A DNA stretch of 64,000 nucleotides from Candidatus Aenigmatarchaeota archaeon (lineage in GTDB: Archaea > Aenigmatarchaeota > Aenigmatarchaeia > QMZP01): positions 10,369 through 74,368 of the forward strand of contig JADHWJ010000001.1 of NCBI GenBank assembly GCA_016783545.1, in the 5' to 3' direction. Positions 10,087 through 18,900 of this stretch are shown here, one piece after another. Both the position numbers and the translations under genes were made by a program. Numbering within the stretch: the stretch's first letter is position 1; every line of letters begins with the position of its first letter. Below the pieces are notes generated by a model. The model saw only the letters and a list, made by a program, of their open reading frames with translations, made no database searches and was not told the DNA's origin.

Positions 10087-10310
10087 GTTAGTGTTTTCAA
10101 GATCAGTTTGATATATTATTCTACCCCATTCATCTCTTCCATCATCTGGTTTTTCACAGAGTCGTAATCTTACTGGCTTTAGGAATTCAAAATCATCTGA
10201 CAGATTTAAAAGTACTCCATCTCCACCTAAAATTACTCAAATTTCTCTAATTAGACATTTCATATTACCATGTATTAATTTCCTGTCCTGGTATGAATTT
10301 CATTAAAAAT

Positions 10311-10356
10311 CTCCAGTGGAAGTCAAGGGGTGTTGATTTCTCCACCGGAAGTAAAG
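10311..10356 (+). repeat. pair of ORB-like (origin recognition box) elements
   Basis: CTCCAGTGGAAGTCAAGGGG (10311-10330) and TCTCCACCGGAAGTAAAG (10339-10356) resemble the archaeal ORB consensus: a TCCAGTGGAAA core followed by a G-string. Confidence 0.5.
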
Positions 10357-10551
10357 ATGTTCATATGAATAGTAAACCGATACCATGCAAAAGTCTCCTA
10401 AGGAAACAGAGGGGTATGAAGTAAATATTACTGTATTTTTTGTAATATTACAATTGTTCTAAATTCAATACAAAATCGACAGTATAAGAAATTTTATGAA
10501 GAATATTAACTTATTTTCCACTAGCAATGAAGGGGTGTTAAGTTCATGTGA

Positions 10552-10812
10552 TTATTTCAGGACACTGTCATCTCCAGACATATATTTGTCCAGGTCTTGG
10601 GGAACCAACTTGCCTCTTGATAACATAGTACGGGCATTGTTTATTCTTTGAGATGTTTCAAGACTATCATCTTCATATTCACCTAAAATAGCATCATATC
10701 CTCGCATGGTCTCTTGATAAGGAGTATCGTTTGTTCTTGATTGTAGATAAAAGAATGGCCTTCCTTCTTTTTCTGATTGAACAAACCGCATGAATATTTT
10801 AATGTCGCTCAT
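10552..10812 (-). CDS. hypothetical small protein
   Basis: An 86-aa ORF immediately downstream of, and co-oriented with, the ORF at 10843-11043. Confidence 0.3.
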   Translation of the reverse strand: MSDIKIFMRFVQSEKEGRPFFYLQSRTNDTPYQETMRGYDAILGEYEDDSLETSQRINNARTMLSRGKLVPQDLDKYMSGDDSVLK

Positions 10813-10842
10813 AACATTCCTTTTTCTTTATATTTATAAGGA

Positions 10843-11043
10843 TTAAGCAGCGCCATCTGCTATCTCTTCTGCCTTTTCAAAGTTTCTTCCTCTTAGAAAT
10901 TCAAGAATAATTTTATCCCTTGCATGATTTATATTAAAATCTATGTTTATGGCATCCTCTATGAATTTTTCTTTGCCTTTTTGCCTTTCTTCCAGGTATT
11001 GCATTATAGCATCAACGTCTAGTCTTTTCATAATATTCTCCAA
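10843..11043 (-). CDS. hypothetical small protein
   Basis: A 66-aa ORF with charged helical composition. Confidence 0.3.
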   Translation of the reverse strand: MENIMKRLDVDAIMQYLEERQKGKEKFIEDAINIDFNINHARDKIILEFLRGRNFEKAEEIADGAA

Positions 11044-11144
11044 TTGTCACTATTTGATAGTAACTGTTGTATAAGGGGTATTTAAAGATTTTAACTGCAC
11101 ACTGTGACCATGTTTTTAGAAATATAACAGTGTTAAGTGGGTGT

Positions 11145-12350
11145 TTAGAGTCTGAAATAGAATATTATAAGCGGCAAGATCAGAACTCCCATTGCACTGC
11201 TCCTTCTTACACCAAATAATGGTGCAAGCAGACCAATTGAAGTTGAAACCCATAGTATGAACAGACCAATTGGACCTGTGAGAATTGTTGTTAACCCCAG
11301 AAGAAAAAATATTATAATAATAGTTAGCATTCCATAATTAATTTTCTGCAAGCCGGTGATAAGCTTTCTCATTAATTTCAATAATATAAACGAAGAAATA
11401 CCTGCTGTAAAAACAGCAACCCCAAACAAAAGTATGAGTTCATTAAAGCTGAAATTAGGCAGTATCTGCTGAACAGCTATTGCTGCGCCTGACCTTGGCT
11501 TCGATATTGTATACAAAGAAATCAAAGAGAAAAGCGCCACTATTGTATTTATTGCACCTATTGAAACCAAGAATTCTTTATGATTCTTTCTTCTTGTTAT
11601 CTGCTGGGTTAAAATAGCTGCCTGGGACGCGCCAACACCAGGAAGTGTTCCTACAATGACTCCGCTAAAAAGACCTTTTACTATTCCTAGTAATGATAGC
11701 CCTTTTTTTATGTTTGGAAATTTGAGATTTTGTTCTGGTATCACTGTTCCCCTGTTAAGACTTATCAATAGGTTATTCATGCCAAAAAGCCCTGTGAATA
11801 AAGGGAACATTATCATATGTGAAGGTAGTATGTAAGAGTTTAGTGTTATGTAACCAAGAGTTCCTGATAATATGAAAATAAAACTAGCTTGTAAAATTTT
11901 CTTTATTTTTCTCTCTGTTGCTATAAGCACAACAGCCATTGTCAATAAAATCCAATGTATGTAGATGTGAATGTTCTGGTAAAATAAAGGAATGAAAAAA
12001 ATAAAAGCCGGAAACAGGATAAATGTAATCAGAACTGAAAAAAGTCCTCCAATAACAGTTAAATACAATGCTTCCAATCCTCTTCCCTCAAGAAGCATCT
12101 TATGTCCAGGAAGAACTGCAAGTGCTGTAGAGTCCTCTGGCGCCCCTAAAAAAATCGAGGGTATGAAATCAAAGAATGTGTGGGATATTGCCATTGCTAT
12201 TATAGCAACTGCAATGAAATATGGATTTATTGTTAAGGAGAGTGGTATTAACAAAAGGCTGATTGTATTTACATGAAGACCTGGTATAATGCCTGTTATT
12301 ATTCCAAGAAAACATCCAAATAAGCTGAAAATCAATATCTCAACTATCAT
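11145..12350 (-). CDS. TctA-family (DUF112) integral membrane transporter subunit
   Basis: 401 aa and polytopic. The motifs GIIPGLHVNT and VGTLPGVGASQAAILT are the duplicated G-x-x-P-G-x-G of the TctA/DUF112 family. Confidence 0.6.
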   Translation of the reverse strand: MIVEILIFSLFGCFLGIITGIIPGLHVNTISLLLIPLSLTINPYFIAVAIIAMAISHTFFDFIPSIFLGAPEDSTALAVLPGHKMLLEGRGLEALYLTVIGGLFSVLITFILFPAFIFFIPLFYQNIHIYIHWILLTMAVVLIATERKIKKILQASFIFILSGTLGYITLNSYILPSHMIMFPLFTGLFGMNNLLISLNRGTVIPEQNLKFPNIKKGLSLLGIVKGLFSGVIVGTLPGVGASQAAILTQQITRRKNHKEFLVSIGAINTIVALFSLISLYTISKPRSGAAIAVQQILPNFSFNELILLFGVAVFTAGISSFILLKLMRKLITGLQKINYGMLTIIIIFFLLGLTTILTGPIGLFILWVSTSIGLLAPLFGVRRSSAMGVLILPLIIFYFRL

Positions 12351-12739
12351 ATCTTCTCAAATTTTCCCTTTCTATAAACTAGCTCTAGTTCACCAGAACC
12401 CTTTGGATATTCATCTATAACTCCATTCATACAGAACATATCCCCACTTTCAATATCATATGGGTCTGTGTCAGTATCAATGAGGTCTTTTACCGTGCTA
12501 TTGAACATGACAAATTTTATTTTTCCTGTATCATCAACTATGTCTAGAAATATGTGTTTATTAGAAACTCTTTTCCCTTCAACAATGCCGCAGATAAAAA
12601 CTCCTTTTCCAACATCTCCAATTACTATTTCCTTTATTTTAATATTCTCAGAACCAATGTAACCAGAAATAAGAAAAAGTACCACCAGACCAACTGAAGA
12701 TGAAAATATTGCAAAATTTCTAAGGGTTTGCTCCCTCAT
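12347..12739 (-). CDS. membrane-anchored OB-fold (tRNA_anti-like) nucleic-acid-binding protein
   Basis: An N-terminal TM segment, then GKGVFICGIVEGKRVSNKHIFLDIVDDTGKIKFVMF, which is typical of an OB-fold barrel. It makes 4-nt overlaps with both neighbours, so it sits in the orc1 operon. Confidence 0.45.
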   Translation of the reverse strand: MREQTLRNFAIFSSSVGLVVLFLISGYIGSENIKIKEIVIGDVGKGVFICGIVEGKRVSNKHIFLDIVDDTGKIKFVMFNSTVKDLIDTDTDPYDIESGDMFCMNGVIDEYPKGSGELELVYRKGKFEKI

Positions 12740-13662
12740 ATAAACTCAACCCCCCTCTTACCCAAGTCCACTAAAACGCCACCGCCACCGCAGGAGATAA
12801 TACTAACACCATTATAATTTCTTGCCCATTTCTTTTCAGAAAGTATCCACATTATATCTGGTATTGGTTCTAAAAGAAAATAGTCTTCCTCTGATTTTAT
12901 CATTTGAGGCTCTGGCTTTAGGTGTCTCTTAACAAGATAATCCACTACTATATTGGGGTTCACATCCTTCTCTGGTTTATAGACAAGAATGTTCATCTCA
13001 TTATTCCCCCTTGATATTGTAATCCATGAAGGGTTTGTGAAGTTTGTGAATACATTTTTTTCCTCCTTACCTTCTTCTGTGAATATGAAGTCTGCCTTTA
13101 ATTCTTTGTTAAGTTTCTTCATAAAAGCCACTTTCACACCATCTATTTTTCTTAGCCTATTTTCTTTTGGAATATTTGGAAATATGATCTTATTTTCAAG
13201 TAATTTTTCCTCTCTTCTCATTCCTTTTACAGCAATCACATCATCAATATCCACTTTATTTTTACTAATAACTTCCACACTTCCTGTCATGTCTTCTAGA
13301 ATAAAACCAGACTCTCTCATTTCCTTTACCATTCCTATTACAGCTACAATGGAAAAGGAGTTTTTTATATTATTTATTGAAACAGGATTAACTTTCTCTA
13401 ATAATATTTTTTTCAATCCATTATACCTATTGTTATAATATTTGATGAAATTTTTTAGAAGAAGTTTTTCCTTCACTACAACTCTTTTTATTTTTACATT
13501 TACTTTAGATTCTTTTTCAATATTCCCAAGAATTGTCTGTTCCTGGTTATCTGCCTTTTTCAGATAGAATTCAATATTTTCTTCATTTATATTTTTTAGA
13601 ACTTCTGGTGATAACAATACACCTTTCTCCACAAAACGCATCACTATTTCTTTCTTTTCCAT
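12736..13662 (-). CDS. PolD small subunit (DP1)-like protein, short and apparently catalytically inactive
   Basis: The N-terminus RFVEKGVLLSPEVL matches the DP1 N-terminal domain. It has an OB-fold (SIVAVIGMVKEMRESGFILEDMTGSVEV). The C-terminus LVKRHLKPEP...PDIMWILSEKKWARNYNGVSIISCGGGGV aligns to the DP1 phosphodiesterase end (RRHLAP...PDIFHTGHVH...NSGTWQ), but the metal-binding His/Asp residues are replaced. Confidence 0.55.
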   Translation of the reverse strand: MEKKEIVMRFVEKGVLLSPEVLKNINEENIEFYLKKADNQEQTILGNIEKESKVNVKIKRVVVKEKLLLKNFIKYYNNRYNGLKKILLEKVNPVSINNIKNSFSIVAVIGMVKEMRESGFILEDMTGSVEVISKNKVDIDDVIAVKGMRREEKLLENKIIFPNIPKENRLRKIDGVKVAFMKKLNKELKADFIFTEEGKEEKNVFTNFTNPSWITISRGNNEMNILVYKPEKDVNPNIVVDYLVKRHLKPEPQMIKSEEDYFLLEPIPDIMWILSEKKWARNYNGVSIISCGGGGVLVDLGKRGVEFI

Positions 13663-13668
13663 TTTATT

Positions 13669-14928
13669 TTATACCATCCCCAATTTATTTTTCTGAGCAT
13701 CTAAAAAGAGATTGTCTGTTAAAAGATAGTTCTCTTTTAAAATCTCCCTAATCTTCTTTAGGATATTTTTTTCAAGGAGAACTTTGATCTCTTTTGACCT
13801 TCCATACCTACCCCTTGATATAATTTTCGTGTTTATTATACTGAGCATATCAAGTTCTCCTATAAGGTCTGATACCCTTCTCTGTGTTAAGACCTTAAGA
13901 CCCTTACTAACACATATTTTTTCATATAAGCTGAAAACATCACCAGTCTGTATGTTTTTGGGGTCTTTTTCAAGGAGCTTTAATATTGCGGCGAGAACTG
14001 CTTGTGATTGCCTTGGTTGGGTTTTTACAATCTCAACTGTTTTATCAGTATCTAATTTATTTTCTGCCTTGTCGAGATGCTCAATATTTATTTTACTATT
14101 TTTTTCTCGTTCAGCAATCTCCCCTGATATTCTTAAAAGATTCAGCGCTTTCCTAGCATCTCCATGTTCCTGTGCTGCGAGTGCGGCGCATTTTGCAATA
14201 ACACCTTCAGCTAAAACACTATCATCAAAGGCAAGCTTGGCCCTTTGGTTTAATATATCTTGTAGCTGGGCAGCGTTGTAGGGTGGAAATATTATTTCCT
14301 CTTCAGAAAGACTGGATTTTACTCTTGGATCCAGATTATCTGTGAATGTTGTATCATTAGATATTCCAATTAAGGAGAGTTTGGTTTCCTTAAGCTCTTC
14401 ATTTATTCTCGTAAATCTATAGAGGATATCATCTCCTATCTTGCTTACCAATGCGTCTATTTCATCTAATATTAAAACAACAACAGATTTCTTTGAGTCC
14501 AGTGTCTCATAAAAGATTTTAAAAACCTCATCTGTTGGTAGTCCTGTATAAGGGATCTTTTTTCCCATTATTCTTAGTATCTCAGCAATCATCCTATACT
14601 CTGTATCAGAAACCTTCTTCAGCTTGCAATTTATATAAATAACTTTTACATTATCTGATATTTTAGAAAGTTCTTTTGTAACATGTTTTGCAACACAGCT
14701 TTTACCAGTACCAACTGTGCCGAAAATGAATGTGTTGCTTACTCTCTGGCCTTTAATACTTGGCGCGAGTATCTTTGCAAGCTGATCTACCTGTTCTTCC
14801 CTATGTGGAATATCGTCTGGTATATACCTATCAGTTAGAAAGTCCCTGTCTTTGAATATTATAATTGATTCAGAAGCATATTTAGTAAATAAATCTTTTA
14901 ATGTTTGTTGTGCCATAAACTCTCCCAT
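13669..14928 (-). CDS. orc1: Orc1/Cdc6 replication initiator (AAA+ ATPase with winged helix)
   Basis: Walker A GTVGTGKS and Walker B ILDEID are present, followed by sensor motifs and a C-terminal winged-helix region. Confidence 0.9.
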   Translation of the reverse strand: MGEFMAQQTLKDLFTKYASESIIIFKDRDFLTDRYIPDDIPHREEQVDQLAKILAPSIKGQRVSNTFIFGTVGTGKSCVAKHVTKELSKISDNVKVIYINCKLKKVSDTEYRMIAEILRIMGKKIPYTGLPTDEVFKIFYETLDSKKSVVVLILDEIDALVSKIGDDILYRFTRINEELKETKLSLIGISNDTTFTDNLDPRVKSSLSEEEIIFPPYNAAQLQDILNQRAKLAFDDSVLAEGVIAKCAALAAQEHGDARKALNLLRISGEIAEREKNSKINIEHLDKAENKLDTDKTVEIVKTQPRQSQAVLAAILKLLEKDPKNIQTGDVFSLYEKICVSKGLKVLTQRRVSDLIGELDMLSIINTKIISRGRYGRSKEIKVLLEKNILKKIREILKENYLLTDNLFLDAQKNKLGMV

Positions 14929-15194
14929 CTTCCAGTGGAAATATTAACAATTTTATTTTAGATCTAAATTTTATAAGCTAGATTTCCGCTGGAAAAATAA
15001 AACACTGTAATAAATTATAATTTTGGAGTGGAAATGGTTTTTCCCTTTATTTTTACTATACCCACACCCACCATTTCCTATGGAGATATAACATAATAAA
15101 ATATAAAATATATTTTATAACAATGTTATATTATAAATAAAAATTTTCGATTTTTATTAAAAGTATTTTCCATGAGAAATCAAGGTCTCGGGGG
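14929..15194. other. candidate replication origin (oriC): ORB-like repeats flanking an AT-rich duplex-unwinding element
   Basis: TCCAGTGGAAA (14931-14941, abutting the orc1 start codon), TTTCCGCTGGAAAAA (14984-14998), TTGGAGTGGAAATGG (15023-15037), TTTCCTATGGAGA (15074-15086) and TTTTCCATGAGAAAT (15176-15190) surround a roughly 85% AT tract at 15087-15170. Confidence 0.6.
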
Positions 15195-15920
15195 TTATTC
15201 TATTTTATTTATCCTTTCAATTAATTCTTCTAGTTTCTGATCTTTGGTGATGACTAGAGGAATACCTTCTGCTTCAGCAATTCTTTTTGCGATTTCATCA
15301 ACTTCCCCTATACCATGAAGAACAACTAAGGCTGGTTTTAGATTAGTTAGTTTAATGGCAACCATTGGCCCTCTTCCTGTAGAAAGTTTTGTAAATATTA
15401 ACGCTCTCTGGGTTGTAGAACCGTATACATTTATCAGTTCTGTTGAAGAAAACTCTGTTATTGCCTTTAAAGAGTCTATTACACTATACCCATAAATCAC
15501 ACCACTACCATTAACAATGGGTTTTGCGTTTATTTTTTTACAAAAATCATTCACATCTATACCAGACGCAAATTCTCTCATATCGATTATAGCGTCTGAT
15601 AAAAGCGGCTGTTCGGTTTTCTTCGAAAATGATTTTAATATCTCTCCACCCACCTTTTTATCTATACTGAGCAAAGCCTCTATATATCTCTTTATTATTT
15701 TTATTCCAGGACTCTTTCTTCTACCAGATTCATAGTCAGATATAACACTTGATGTTATACCTAGCTCTTCAGCAAGTTCTTTCTGGGAGATTTTGAATAT
15801 ATTCCTCCATTTCTTTAAAACACTATTTAAATTATCTGAAAGAACAACCTCCCCTACAATATCCTTTATCAGTCTTTCCCTTCCCAATACATCGTCAGAT
15901 AGCTTAATCATGTTCGACAC
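15195..15920 (-). CDS. HTH (XRE-type) transcriptional regulator with a C-terminal uncharacterised domain (COG1395-like)
   Basis: ISQKELAEELGITSSVISDYESGRR is a classic XRE helix-turn-helix. The 241-aa architecture matches a conserved archaeal regulator family. Confidence 0.6.
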   Translation of the reverse strand: MSNMIKLSDDVLGRERLIKDIVGEVVLSDNLNSVLKKWRNIFKISQKELAEELGITSSVISDYESGRRKSPGIKIIKRYIEALLSIDKKVGGEILKSFSKKTEQPLLSDAIIDMREFASGIDVNDFCKKINAKPIVNGSGVIYGYSVIDSLKAITEFSSTELINVYGSTTQRALIFTKLSTGRGPMVAIKLTNLKPALVVLHGIGEVDEIAKRIAEAEGIPLVITKDQKLEELIERINKIE

Positions 15921-15959
15921 CTAACTTATATTACTATAGAAAACTTTATAAATAGAGGC

Positions 15960-18900
15960 TTAGAGCCGCTTTTTATAGATACCTACTGAAAGGATTAGCA
16001 AAAGAATGATTGAAAATTCTTCTAAACCGGAAAACCCTGGTGGGAACCCAATATCTATTCTTACTTCACTTTCATCTTCAAATACCTCACCAGGAGGGAA
16101 CTCAAAAACATCAGATACAGCTATCATCTTCAATTTATAATCTTGGCCAGACTCCCTTGAAGGTATTTCAATGAAAAATCTTTTCCTTTCCCATGGCTGA
16201 AGCACAATATCTTCTATTACCCGTCCTTCTGATTCAACAAACTTTGCCAGGTCATAATCTTCCAAACTTAGGTCAATTGTTTGCGTTTCTCCGAGAAGCT
16301 CCCAAATAGTGACACCGAGTAGATATGTTTCTCCATTTCTGATTACAATATAATTTGAGTCAAATGCAGCCAATGGATGTGTTGTTATTGAATATTCTAT
16401 ATTATTATAATTCTCTGCCCTATCCATTAATTCCACATTTAATTTGACAAGACCTGTTTCATATAATATTTCTATTGGGCAGTTAACACTTCCTCCCCAA
16501 CTATCTCCAGAACCACAATCGTTCCAATCACCACCAGTAGTCCATTTCAAAACACTAACACCAGAGACAGAATCACTTGCATCAATATCCATCTTAACAT
16601 TACCAACATTTCCTGGTATTATTATCCAACCAACCACAGCCTTTATATTATCTATGAATGTTGCTGTATATTCTGGTGGAAGAACGTCTATTGTTGTTCC
16701 CATAAGCCTATTGATGCAATCAGGATCTGCCACATCATCTTCATCACAAACATCTTCAAGTAGTCCATCACTTTCAGAATAAAGACTGAACATAAAGGAG
16801 TAGCTGTCTGTATCACTACCCACCTCATCGTCTGAATCAAAAGTTAAAGATCCTTCAGTGCATTTATCTGGTGTGCATGTAAATTCACCTAAATTAAACC
16901 ACCTAGTCCAAGCAGTCTCTGGACCAGGTCTATTAGGGTTGGGGTTATACCTGTATTTAACAAAAAAGGAGTCCACTGGTGTTCCAGAACCGAATTGTAT
17001 TGGAAATGTAATTTTATTTATCCAATCTGGAAGTCTTGTGAAAAATGATGTCGGAGGGGTAATTACGATTCTTTTTTCCACTGAAACTAGAGGGCCGTCG
17101 TTTCCAACATTATCAAAGGGTTTGCATGTGAATATATATGTTCCTTCATCACCAGCCCAATTGCAAGAGAAATCACCGTTTCCATCCACATCAGCTGTCA
17201 ATATATATGTGAGGTCACCAGACCCATAATTACACATACTATATATATTCAATGGGGTGCCTCCCTCTTCTTTCAGACCAATCTCAAATTCCTTTATCCC
17301 AGATTCATCATCAGTTCCAGTTAGTGGTATAGTAAATGATGACGTAACAGGGGAGTCATCGCCCATTACACATGTTGGCGGGCCCAGGTCAGCGCCCACA
17401 GACTTTTCTTCTTCACCGGTATTTCCAGCCCGGTCAGTTCCTATTAGTTCGAATTTATATAGATAGTTGTTTTGAAGATTATCAAAAACTATTATTTCTC
17501 CAAGGCCAAATAATCCAGGAGTACCAAGTGTTGGTGTGCAGGGGTCTGTTGCTGGAGAACAGCTACCAGATTCTATTGAAATAGGAGTAATACCAAACCC
17601 AGAACCGCCCAGGTCAGAACCAGACCAACTCATGGTGAACGTATCAGCAACCCATGTAATCAGTCCCTCAACATAAAGAGCAGGGGTCACGATTAGAGAG
17701 AAGCTGGGTTCTTGGTTGTCAACCTTTACCTCATTGGTATTGGAAACAGTGACAACACCAAAGTCAGTGAAGATAATGTCAGCCTCAAATTTATAACATT
17801 TACCCGATTCCAGGCCTGTTACTCCAATAATCTCATCAAAAAGTGTTAGTAAGCCACCAACTTGGGTCCTTTCACTATAAGTTCCACACACACCATTAGC
17901 TAATGTCGCTGTCCTTTGGAAAATCTTGAAACCAGTTGAATCTTGATCACTCTTGGTTACAGTAATATCAAGAGTCGTATCCTGGGTAAATCCACCATCA
18001 TAAACTATTGACCCGGTTGCAGTGCCTATTGTTATTGATTTTGTCACCTCCTTTGAATTGTCTGCATTGTCCCATGTGATGGCTTTTATAATATAGCTTG
18101 ACTCTACTATAGTAACACCACAAACAGTCTCTGGAGGCTTTACCTCAACAACACCACTTTCTGGTAAATCACACCCATTATCATTATAATCAACAGTGCA
18201 TTCATCGGATTCATAAATACAGAATCTAGTTTTGTCAATGCCAGAAAGCCCGTCAGACGGTGTTATTTTTACATTAACAAAATCACTTCGAGTACATAGG
18301 TCATCATCACAACCAGTGCCTAAACAACACTCTGCTGCAATAGATGGGTCTGTTATATCTATCTTAACGCTTGTAAGAACAGAATTAGATTCACTTCCAC
18401 TAACATCATTTGCACCAAAATTAAGAAGATCTTCTTGTTCAGAAAGAGTGTTTGTATAATCATATTCATAGGTGCCTTTCATTGTCTTGGTATACCCAAG
18501 AGTTGGATCTGTTAGTTCAACACCATCAACCAGTGGCTCGCAGTCCCCTGAAGTTGCAATGCACATCTTTGTTGCTGCTATGTCATAAGCAGAGCTTACT
18601 GTGACTGTGATGTCCTGATCCTCATTAATCCACACATCATCGCTTCCATAATCCACTTCTAACACAACCCCTGCTGTTGAGACAGGGTCTGATGGGTTTC
18701 CTGCAACATCAATTGCCCTATACACCTTTTTCTTCCCTTCTGGAACAGTCTGGGTGTCATCACTGCAAGATGGATCTCCTTGATCTGGGGCTTCTTCATC
18801 ATTTATTAGGGGACAATTTATTGTTCCTTTCACCCCATCACATGTTCCAGCGCAGTTGCCGGCATCACTCACAGTACAATCGCTTAAAACATCTCCCTGG

